Shown here: piece by piece, positions 39,401 through 64,000 of the stretch | Numbering within the stretch: the stretch's first letter is position 1 | Layout: each line of letters opens with the position of its first letter | Assembly: GCF_037042905.1 (NCBI RefSeq) | Contig: NC_087251.1 | Location: 37,388,001-37,452,000 of the forward strand | Origin: Lytechinus pictus | Lineage: Eukaryota | Reading direction: 5' to 3' | DNA length: 64,000 nucleotides | Program-made: the position numbers and the translations under genes | The notes under the pieces: model-generated | What the model saw: the letters and a program-made list of their open reading frames with translations, nothing else | The model's database searches: none | What the model was told of the DNA's origin: nothing

Positions 39401-41603
39401 AGAGTCTTCTAATTTTGAGGAAATCAGCCTAACTGAGCATGATAAGGAGAAATGCAGCATGAAGGGAGAGAAGATTCTCCATGATGAGCTAGGTTGTGGA
39501 ATCTAAAGCTCCATAATTATATATTGAAAATATAACATGATGGAGAATTAGATTGGAACAATAAGCATTAAGTAGAGAGGAGTGCTGTTACGCGAGAATA
39601 AAATTTCAACAATGAGCGCTGTTATGTAACTCAGATTAATGGTATTATGGAAGAATTCAATTATATTAAGGTTTTATTCAGAGTCATGTCATTTATCTTT
39701 ACAAAAATAACGTGAAAGGTTTGTCACAATGCCACACCGAGAGGGTTGATTTTATCAGAGCATTTCAACATGAACTTTGGTAAAACTTATCTGTGCGTTG
39801 AATTTAAAAATGTTTTATTTTCCAACTGAAATTGTTCCACTGAATTAAACATCTGAAGGTTAACTATAAAATTCAAATTTCCACAATTAAAAATATAAAT
39901 ATATACAAATCATTGATATTACGAAGATATATTACATGTGGAGGGGTCAAAGAAAGTACAACTGCTTGTATAAATTGGCCCCATTAAAAAATAATTATGT
40001 AGTGTAAGTCAAGTAAAAGGTGGATTAATTGAGGTTTAATTATGACTGTTTTCGGAAAACCCTGTCGTGTGCCAAAATAGAGTGTTTTGTTGTGGCATTG
40101 ATTGCAGTGTGATCAGAAAACTCAATATTATGCTTAAATCACTGACTACCCTGCATACATATCATGAAAGCTTGTCTACCACCCCCCCCCCCCTGCAATG
40201 TATCCTTGTACTTTTACAGACATGTGTTATTATACTAAAAGTTAGTAATCAGATATTATACTTTTGGAATGGATACTATCTGATATATTTTTTTCTGTAC
40301 AGCTCATCGCATTTCAGATTGATGTTTATTTGTTGTGATTTGAGTGCAGTCCAGAGTAATATATGACAGAAATTTGTTGCAATGTCATGAATATATTCTA
40401 GATTCTGAACATTCCAGAGCATGGGAATTAGACAAGATCGGTATATTCCATTTACTGACCAACTATGTCCCATTCCCCTGTGTGGTGTGCATAATTTGAT
40501 AGCAAAACATTAGCGTTCATTTGTAACCATTTTTTTTTATTTAAGTGGTCCTGTCATGTAAATGATACAGATGAAATTTCATATCAATATAAGACATTGG
40601 ATCTCATTTATAGGGGTATATCTTGATTCAGTGATTGGTATCATAATAGAAAGCTTCTTGAGTTTAGAAACATGCCAATGTGAATATTGGGAATGTGATA
40701 TGATACAAGGTCCCTCTATTAAAGTGGAGTTGTATTATTTGGTCTCTTGGGAATGTTTTTCAAAGAGTAACTTACATTCCTAAATTCCTGCAATATATGC
40801 TGTGTTCCTGTATTAATCAAACCATGCTTGAAAGAAACATGCTATTGGAGAGTCTAGGTGTTGTGGTCTAGTGAATAAGCATGAGTGTGTTGTGGCGATG
40901 CAGCGCATTCGAGGGTATTTGTATGTTATTGCAAATACCCAGGATGCCTGCATTGTTAGTAACATCACGAATTTGAAAATGTGCATTATTTGTTTTATAC
41001 AATGGGTCGGCAGTATAAATTTGTATTGGAAAGGTTCAAATCCCTTCAAATTTTTGAGGGAATGCACAGATGAAGAGGTCACACCCGTACCTGCTTTCTA
41101 TTATGACATCACAGACGTATCTAGTATGCGCTTTGAAGTAAGCGCTGGAACCAATAGCCTTTCCACTGAAAGAACGCTTATTTCAGATAATTTTTACGCG
41201 CTATTGGTAAAATGATGCACCCAAAATGCACAGTGCTGCACAAAAATGCACGGCTGGGAGGATGCATAGAATTAAAGCATAAAAAAAAATGCAACCGCAC
41301 TCACTATTTGCTACATCCTTGAACCCATTTTACAAATTCAAATGATTTATGGTAGCAAATAAATGTTGATTTTGCATTTTACCAATAATGTACCCAATTG
41401 GGAATAAGGTTCTGCCATATCTGAATGAATTGAAAAAAAATCACATTCATGCAGTCTCAATTCATCATCTTACACATTGAGGTAGATTTGTTAAATTCTC
41501 CCAAGTACAAAACACTGATTTTCCTAACACTTAGAGGGATCTATTATACATCTATGATATTCTATAAAGAGCAACTAGGTCATTCAAGAATTAGCGGGAG
41601 AGA

Positions 41604-42275
41604 CCCGGGGGGCCACTTACATTGACGAGTGGATACCATGCGCCACCAAAAAAACACGTAATAAGGATGTCTTTTTCAAGATAGGGCACGTTACGTACAT
41701 AACGTGATAAGGGTGTCAAAAACACAAAAATATTGAAAAAGGGTATCTATTTCGCTCGGAAGATATACGTGTTTAGGGTCAAATATGCGGGGATGATAAA
41801 ACAAAATCAAAATGTTTTATAAAGGATGTCCTTTTTGCCCCAACACTACGTGTTTAGAGTCCGATTTGCGCGAGGTGTGGAAGGTGGGGCCGTACTAAAC
41901 CAAAATAATGGGGTCTAAAGGTAAAACCGACGGACGCGTGACATAACAATAAAATATCTCTGTACTTGTTTAGGGGTTCATTTCAGGGAATACTTGCTAA
42001 GAGTATCGTTTTGTTTCCAATACTTGTTAAGGGGTGCATTTTCAGAATATGGAAAATATATCGCTGTACTTGTTTAGGGGCTCAGTTCTGGGAATACTTG
42101 CCAATAGTATTTGTTTCCAATACTTGTTAAGGGTATAGGGTTTCACACGCCAATACTTGTTACGGGGTGCGTTTTAAGAATATGGAAAAAACATGTTTAA
42201 GGTGCTTTTCAAGACCCCGTGGTCGCGCATAGTATCCACTCGTCAATGGAAGTCAAGTGCCCCCCCCCCCCTGGG
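41604..42275 (+). mobile_element. Second copy of the CCCGGG-terminal MITE, with an internal duplication
   Basis: Highly similar to 23277-23835; TSD GGGAGAGA at 41596-41603 and 42276-42283. Confidence 0.88.
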
Positions 42276-44036
42276 GGGAGAGAGCAAGGCAGAATAGTGG
42301 AAACGGGCATTTCCATGAAGTACATTTAGGTACATCCAACCCCTATAGGTGGGACTTTCCTGAAATGATCCATCTCCAACATTGTGCTTTATAAGATAAG
42401 GGGGGTGTTACATAAAGAGATACACTTGCATTTACAATCAATTGTAACTTTTTGTACATTGTTTGCCATAGACCTACATGTACAGTTACGCTTAATTTAT
42501 CAATCGATTTTATCTTTTGTGCCATACGACCATTGTGTAATGCTCTCAACTTATCATAGCTTGAGTAGTTTGTGAAGTGAAGTAAAAATGGGGGTTGGAG
42601 GTAAATAAAGATTGTTTTATGGAATTGCCCAAATGTTATTTGTGCAATAGGAAAGAGTACGGGTATGGCGATGTAGAGTAGACATTAGAAGAAAGAAAAA
42701 ATTTGGGATTATATCAATATTTTAGGCCTATGTCTGACCATATTTTCCTGAATCCACAGAGGTGCATAGAAAACTTGGTTTGAAACCATGGTTTATGCTG
42801 ATTTTATGTAGTAATTTTGATTTTACACATATATTGAGATGTCCAATACATGTCACGAAATCCGGGCACTAAATCAACACACGTTAATATGACTGATATG
42901 ATGAACCACAGATTTGAATTAATAGGACTAAATGTTGATTTTAAATTAATTAACTGTTGACTTGAAGTAGCATCCGGTGCCCTGTGACAAAAGCATGCAA
43001 TTTGTTATTGAACCTTTTCTCAATATTTCACCAAAATTTACCTGTAAGTAATGTGTAATGTATAAACCATGGCTTTGCATCATGGATTACAAAATGCCTT
43101 TGTGAATTTGGACCATCAGACAGTTCATTGGAGAAAACACACAAGTATTCCTTTCTTTTTCTCGATGTTATGGTAAATTCTAAAAGGTGTGTACTATTGA
43201 AGAAAAAAGTTAGAAATAGCTTGATATAATTTTAAAATTTTTGTGTTTATCCATCATACAATTCAGAGGGTGGTCAAAAATTAGAATGAGAGAGTTTTTA
43301 GGATTTGAATTCAATTAACTGCCATAGCCAACAGGAAAGGGAGTGTACAAGTAATGGATCGATTCAAAATACTGTTGTATTTGACATATTAAATTTGTCT
43401 ATAAAACCTAATAAATAATATTGACTATCAGCATTCTTATCCTTTTCAGTTCAATATAATCAGCATTCCTATCCTTGTCAGTTCAATATATTCTATATGG
43501 ATTACTTTATTACCTTAATTATGACGATGTGGTCATAAATGAGATATAGCAAATTTTGCTAATATACCAGGGGCTGGTTTCACTAAGACTAACCACTGAT
43601 TGTGATTGGCTGTTGAGCCCTGTTACCATGGTAGGTGCCAATATGGCAAAGTTACAACTGTCTTTTATGAAATGGGCCCTAGATCTTTGATTAATTTGTA
43701 TTCCAGCTGCTATAAATATTTTATTTTTCCTACATTTTTTAGTGAACAGCATTACCATGCAAATACTTAATGTATACTGATCTTTTTGTATTCCTTTTTG
43801 TGTACATCTCAGATTTATTTATATATTATTTTTTGTAGACATTTTTCCTAAAACCAAATGAAATACCAGTCAAAATTTGTTATTGTTGAAAGTACTATGA
43901 GAAAAATGTTAAAGATTTTAATTTTGTCTTGCATAAAGTTTAAGATAATAATAAATTGTATTTAAATTGTATTTAAATTAATGTCCTTGAACTTGGGACT
44001 AAATTGTTGAAATTGAATAAAGTATGGCAATTATCC

Positions 44037-44200
44037 ATAGACCTTATGCATGTGACGTCATAATGTCATAGCGCCCTCCCTCAGAGGATATAGGAATACA
44101 TGTAAACCTAGTTGTCAGAGATGTGCCAGCTGCAGAGCACCAATGCAATGGCTTCAGCCTCTAAGATGGCGACGCAATGACTTCAGTGCATAAGGTCTAT
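44037..44200. mobile_element. Short palindromic MITE
   Basis: ATAGACCTTATGCA...TGCATAAGGTCTAT inverted ends. Confidence 0.65.
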
Positions 44201-44713
44201 TATTTGATCTAACGTGAGAATGACTGTTTTCATTGTCATAATTTTTTTTTTTTTTTCATCAATGGAGATGATTATATATATTTATGTGTGTCACCACCTG
44301 CTCATGTAATATTGGATAGTTTGTTTATGCCTTGTTTTTGTATTTTGTTGTGTACTGAAATGAAAGAATTGTTTTTATATTTTGATCGATTGACCGATTT
44401 TTGCGCTTGTATACCAGAGTATTGAACTGAATAAAACCATGATATGCACAGAAATAACTTTTAAAAATATTGAGCCATTTGTTATTTACTTGTGTTTTTA
44501 AGGGGAAGCTCGCACTGAGATCAAGTTAGATTGAATGACAGAACTCAATATATTCATTCCAAAATAATTGTTACATAGTAGGAAAACAAGTATTTTCTTC
44601 TCAAAATATTGAAGTTATGTCTACACATATTTTTTATTATTAACAGTTATCCCAAAACACACAGTCAATAAGAGCCATTCACAGTGTAAGTTCCCTCTCA
44701 CTTGAGTGTTTAA

Positions 44714-45558
44714 GGCCGTGTTTATGCTTCCACATTTCAGGCCAGAATCAGCGTTTTCAAACGTGATTAGTCCAAAACACGGTTGCGTCCATGCTTACTT
44801 TCATTTAAACGCTGTTTCAAAACGCCGATCGTAAACTCACAAAAAGGTGCGTTTGTAAACGTCGTTTGACCAGAATCAGGCTTTCTGGGGAAGTATAAAC
44901 AGAACCACAATCGTAAACGTGTTTAAATGACGTCATTTGGTGCATGCTTCCGGTGAGATGAAAATCCGCGGGCAAATACAGTCGCATTGCTCCATGGTCG
45001 CATGTTACCTCTCATCTCCCTTGTTACATTTGCATGTGTGATAATTGATTTAAGTACTATCACCAGTATTACTCTTCCAATTTGTCATCACGGTGAATGC
45101 TGAGGGATTTACAAAAAAAAACCTGGAACATGAGTTATAATGAGGAGACATCGCCCGATGCCTATAAACAAATAGATGTTTTATTATTTTATTATGTATA
45201 CTTTAATATTCTTTATTTTTTCTCACTATTATCCTCACCATGGTGGAAAATATATGGCTATGTCAAGTAGCTCCATGCAATGACTAAATATCGGAAATTG
45301 TTCGATGTTTAAATAACAGTCAACGTACCTTCCCTATAACAACTCTCGGAAAAAAAAACTTTCGAAAAAGGGCGCGCCCAATTTGACCTCGCTTTCCTGC
45401 TCAACGAAAATTACGATGCGAAGCCAGCTGGAGTTCGTGATTTCGCCTCTGAAAAGTGAAGCATAAACAGCACTCCCAGAACCACGTTTACGATCGGCGT
45501 TTTGAACCGACGTTGAAAACGCTGATTCTGTCCTCGCAATGGAAGCATAAACACACCC
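44714..45558. mobile_element. PIF/Harbinger-type non-autonomous element
   Basis: TIR GGCCGTGTTTATGCTTCCA / TGGAAGCATAAACACACCC extending into CAGAATCAGCGTTTTCAA; flanks TAA and AAA. Confidence 0.72.
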
Positions 45559-46899
45559 AAAGACAGACTGACACAGATGATTTGAAAAAAATCAAAACAT
45601 TAAAAAGTCTTCACATATCATCTTGCGCATTTTAATGGTATCAGAATGTACATGATATTAGACATTACATTATAAGCAGTCAACTAAAAACAAGATTAAT
45701 TGTTCATAAACATTTTACTTACAACATTGACAATAAATATGAGCAAAACTTCACAATAGCTGCCGAAGGAAATGTAATAAACAAGAAATTATCTGATTAT
45801 AATTAAAGCTTACCATGTCAAGGATAAATCTGCTCTACACACTATTATAAGAGATTCAAAATTCATTACATTGGTTTCAGAAGTTAATACACATTTTTCT
45901 TTTTAAATCGTAGGAAAATCATAAAGAAAAAGTGGTGAATAATGTCACTGGGATTGAGCAGACAAGATTGTCTCATCACCCCTCAAAAAAATAATAAATC
46001 AATGTTTGCATTCCATAAAATGGTGAATCCCCCCTCCAAAAAACTAATAAATGGTCACATTCTATAAATTGGTAATGAGTGATGTACAGTACTTGAAGCC
46101 TCGTCAACACACAACATTTGTTGCTCTATTTAAAAATCGCTTGGCAAGCTTTCAAGATAAACCTTTTTTTTATATTTTGAAGTATGACTTAGAGTTTCGC
46201 TTAAATGCCTTAGTCAGATCAACAAGTTACAAATGACTGGTGACCATTTCTTGTGCTAAAGGATACATCCATATGGAGCTGACTTAGCACCTAAGAACAT
46301 GTTCCAGTCGTTCGTAGTCTAGATTTACGACAAATTTATGAAACGCCTACTATGTATCAAAGGGAATCTGATTTTTTCAAATGTCACTTCCATCGCTGCT
46401 TTCTAATGTCATTTCCTATTACAGATACAAATGGTCATGTGCTTTAATCATAAAGAAAGTTTTTATTTTTATCATAATTTCAGTTAGATAATATCCAGCA
46501 TACAATTCATTAAAAAAAAATGTGATGTATCTGTATCTGTCCATGATGTACAAACACCTGGTAATCGCATACGTTTGGTTGGGGCCAAGCAAGACTCGGC
46601 CAAATTTTGAAGTGTGCTTTAGCGACGATATGATCAAGGTCCAAAAGGTCCAATTTTGCATTGCGCGAGTTAACACTGGGTGAAATTTCTGTCGTCTTTA
46701 AGTCAGCTTTGGTGATCAACGATTCAAGGGATAGCGCTATGTCGATCTGGCGCTGCACAATGGCTGCCATGCCAACAATCAACTGGGCAAAGAACTTTTG
46801 AAGCGTTTCTATTTCAGACTTCATTTCGAACAATGAAAATATGGATTTTCATGTTTTTCATTTTCATTTGGGATCTTGGACTGGAGATTGATATTGTAT

Positions 46900-47080
46900 G
46901 TTACAAGTTTGTCAATGTGGCCTTTCTCCTACAAGCTTTCAATGTTTCTCATTTTAAATCATGCAGCATCTTTGCAATACTACAATCCTTGCTATAGTTC
47001 TTCATAGTAGATCCTTTTTTTTTTTTTGCAGCTCGATGCTGTACTCTTTTCCAATTTGTTCTGGTTTGATGTAGGATGAT
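46900..47080 (-). mobile_element. Decayed LINE ORF2 C-terminal fragment (CR1/L2-group-like)
   Basis: KRVQHRAA...NYSKDCSIAKMLHDLK*ETLKACRRKATLT resembles the LERVQRRAAR...SVTxMLxxLxWxxLxxRR motif, with a stop and frameshifts. Confidence 0.55.
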
Positions 47081-47787
47081 CACTGATATTTTCTTGGTGG
47101 GAACTAAACATTTAAAACCTTCGGCAATTCTGGCTGCTACTGCCAAATCACACAAAATTCCTCCTGAACTTGACAAGAACACACTTGTCGAAACGCCAGG
47201 TTTGGGTTGTCCTTTTCAGGACCAAAAATTGCCCTTGAAGATACATGGTGTACCATGAAACCATGGAAACCTTCAGAAGTTACATACAAAATTTACTATT
47301 TACTTCTTTTTTTTTTAGGAAATAACAATATCTCAATCTTCTCTCTCACTCTTTCTATGATAAAGGAGATCCAAATGTATACTGAAATCAATTTTCTGAT
47401 GAATTCACATGCCATTGATGATCCGATTTAAAACAAAATTGAGAATCATCAAGTGCACAAAAAAACAGTTTGAAATTAAGTAAAACAAAGCAAATACATT
47501 GTGTAAAATACAAAATTGCAAATACCATATATCAAACTTAATGGAAGCACAAAGCTTACTAAGGCAAGGTAAACATAAGTCATAAGCTAATAATTATTAC
47601 TTTTAATAAGAATCATTCCGGAATTTAATTCTTTTGCAAATACTTCAAAAACAATAAATATTTTATCAACTTACACTTGTATCCTACACCAATAGATAAT
47701 TTACTCTGCCAATAAAATAAATATATGATGCGACCAAGAAAGAATATAATGTAATTCTCTACATTCTGTTACACTGTAAATTTCTGT

Positions 47788-48105
47788 AACTACTACTACT
47801 GCATTGCCATAGTCCTCAAAGAACCATCAGCATTCTCATGTATGCATTTTCTCTTGCCATAACCATTCCACCCACTGTCCAATTCCTCGTATTATCTATC
47901 CTCCTGCCTGGCTTAGTCTTCCCGTCTACCTGTCCTTCCACCATCATTTGGACCATGCTGTTCGTCTTTTCCAATGACTGTATTTTTGGAGAATTTTCTC
48001 TATTACTGCTGCATTAGCAGGCCTTCACCTCCAGTGACTCTTTCTCCCAAATCTATGCATTTGTTTATCCTTTCTCTGCAACTGACCTGTGCCGGCCACA
48101 CAGAA
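47788..48105 (-). mobile_element. Decayed RTE-clade LINE 3' end
   Basis: KYSHWKR/TNSMVQMMVEGQVDGKTKPGRRIDNTRNWT resembles the RTE C-terminal GH..R...EGKxEGKRxRGR motif; short (TAG)n tail. Confidence 0.6.
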
Positions 48106-49901
48106 ACGTTGTTAGCCTAACAGAGTGTTAACAGTAAGCCCAGTCACATCTCTCGGCTTGTAGAGTCATAACATTTATCAAAATGTGTAAGTAATGCATT
48201 GTTGTAACATTAAACAGAGCCTCTGTTAACGAATTTTAGTGCTAACAACGTTTCTGTGCTGTCAGTACACGAGAATTCTTCGCCAGACCAACAGCTCGAA
48301 AGACTTATCTTTTTCATGTCACTCTGTTTTAATATCCAGCTTTCTGCACCAAATATCTGATAAGTGCTCGGAAACATATACCATAAAAAGTTACAGAAAT
48401 GAAATATACTGTTATTAGTCATCATTAATAATATGTTACAACTCCATATGTACGGTTCACAACATTTATATGAGGGAGAAAAGATCTATGAGATTGACAT
48501 TGGTAATGAATATTTAGACCTCTCAATATAGTCAAATTTCCAGTTTATTTTTCAGCACATCTCTCTAAAATCAACGTTTTAAAGGCGAAACACTATTTCT
48601 GGTGCTACATCTTGCTATATATACTATGAAAAAAAAAATATTGTATTTCTACATGATAAATTTTAGACTGTCAAATGAATGAATTATCACATGCCTATTT
48701 TGAGCCCTGTAGCATATGAAAGCATGATGGTAACCCTCTTAGCAGGGAAATCACAATCTAGTTGATTTTCAGCTAATTAAAATAGGGCATATATCAAGTC
48801 ATGCATCCCATTGTGTTTCACTTAAATTTGAGAAAGAGGCCCTGACTCCATCTATAGCTTAAACTAGAAAATGAATGAAAAGCTACATTTATAATATTGC
48901 ACAGTTTTTATTTCTTTCCAAAACACACAGCAGATATTATGAAGATGATATGATTCCATTATATTTCTAAACTGATTAAGCAAGATAAATATACAGTCAA
49001 TCCTATTGGTTGTGTCTCAGATGTCCTCACTAAGCATCTTTTTAGTTAATAATCCTACAGCTTCAATGAGTTGTAATGATAGTGCATACTGGCTGTGTGT
49101 ATCTTGGATGTCCTCACGAAGCTCTGTTCAAGTCGATTATCCTACTGGCTGTGTGAATATTGGATGTCCTCATTAAGTCAATGATCTTACTGGTTGTGTG
49201 TATCTCTGATGTCCTCGCTAGGCTCTGTTCAAGTCGATGATCCTACTGGCTGTGTGGATATTGGATGTCCTCAATAAGTCAATGATCTTACTGGCTGTGT
49301 GTATCTCTGATGTCCTCGCTAAGCTCTGTTCAAGTCAATGAGCCTCTAGCTTCAATGAGTTGTAATACTAGTACATACTGGTTGTATGTGTCTCAGATGT
49401 CCTCACTATGCTCTATTAAAGTCAATGACCCTACTGGTTGTGTGAATATTGGATGTCCTCACTAAGCTCTATTTAAGTCAATGACCCAACAGCTTCAATG
49501 AGTTGTAATGCTAGTGCATACTGGTTGTATGTGGCTCGGATGTCCTCACTACGCTCTATTAAAGTCAATGACCCTACTGGTTGTGTGAATATTGGATGTC
49601 CTCACTAAGCTCTATTTAAGTCAATGACCCAACAGCTTCAATGAGTTGTAATGCTAGTGCAAACTGGTTGTGTGTGGCTCAGATGTCCTCACTACGCTCT
49701 ATTAAAGTCAATGACCCTACTTGTTGTGTGAATATTGGATGTCCTCACTAAGCTCTATTTAAGTCAATGACCCAACAGCTTCAATGAGTTGTAATGCTAG
49801 TGCATACTGGTTGTATGTGGCTCAGATGTCCTCACTACGCTCTATTAAAGTCAATGACCCTACTGGTTGTGTGAATATTGGATGTCCTCACTAAGCTCTA
49901 T

Positions 49902-63460
<13,559 letters not shown>

Positions 63461-64000
63461 CTGAATACGAACAACAAAAATATAAAAAGCAATTCAGATT
63501 TCAATTGGTAAACTGCCAATTGGTCTACACCCACTTTGTCCACTTTCTGTTTGGTCTCATCCCATGTGGTCTAAAGGCACTGTCACATCATTCCAAGCAA
63601 GCCTTGAATGTGACTTGCCGGTGACTGTTTTGGTTACCTGCAGGCAAAGATACTACAAGGGGAAGATCGGGCAGTACATAGACTGCGTAATGAAACGCTC
63701 TGGAAGAGCGCCCTACAGCGTTGAGTAAGTAACAACCTTTTTTTACCTTTGCATATCGCGAGATGGTTGTGTACAAAACATATGAGAGAAATGGTGAAGG
63801 GGTGAAGGAATAGACAATTTTTACATTTTAGATTTTTTTTTCCTTAAATCAAAGATGAATATACTTCAGAGGTTTCTGGGTAATACAAGGTGGAATTATT
63901 CCCATGCGCCACCCTTGAGCCCTCTCCAAAATCCCCTCTCTCATTTCCCCCATATGTTTCATACACAGCTGCGTGCCGATGTGCGACGGTTTACTTACTC

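Noticed and set aside
46510..46833. 107-aa ORF starting MFEMKSEIETLQK
   Set aside because: No recognisable domain or splice context; it lies next to a decayed LINE fragment
63636..63712. AG...GT-bounded segment that might be another RAB3GAP2 exon
   Set aside because: The phase-0 frame needed to join the 63460 exon is not convincingly open or RAB3GAP2-like

Overview
AT-rich, intron-rich eukaryotic genomic DNA. The repeat landscape and protein divergence suggest a marine invertebrate deuterostome, possibly a sea urchin (inference). Two convergent multi-exon genes can be reconstructed from splice sites and protein similarity. One is a complete GPR137/GPR137B (TM7SF1)-family lysosomal 7TM gene on + (6 coding exons, 20859-37269, about 408 aa). 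The other is the 3' half of RAB3GAP2 on - (13 coding exons, 63460 to stop at 49902, about 675 aa; the gene runs off the right end). The first 19 kb has no recognisable gene but is dense in DNA transposon derivatives: a hAT deletion derivative with a frameshifted Zn-finger, a 2.2-kb foldback element with an 8-bp TSD, a 1.47-kb near-perfect palindrome and several hAT-type MITEs with exact TSDs. Introns and the intergenic region hold Kolobok-type, Harbinger-type and CCCGGG-terminal MITEs, LINE 3' fragments and a 2.7-kb (ATC)n tract. The most notable observations are a RAB3GAP2 3'UTR minisatellite built from copies of its own last codons and stop, repeated micro-duplications of exon junctions in both genes (including a stop-containing pseudo-exon in GPR137), twin fold-back hairpins before the last GPR137 exon, and apparent over-representation of the footprint-like 8-mers TACATGTA and TAGGCCTA. 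No prokaryote-type system, CRISPR array, tRNA or rRNA was seen. Most ORF-track entries are spurious.
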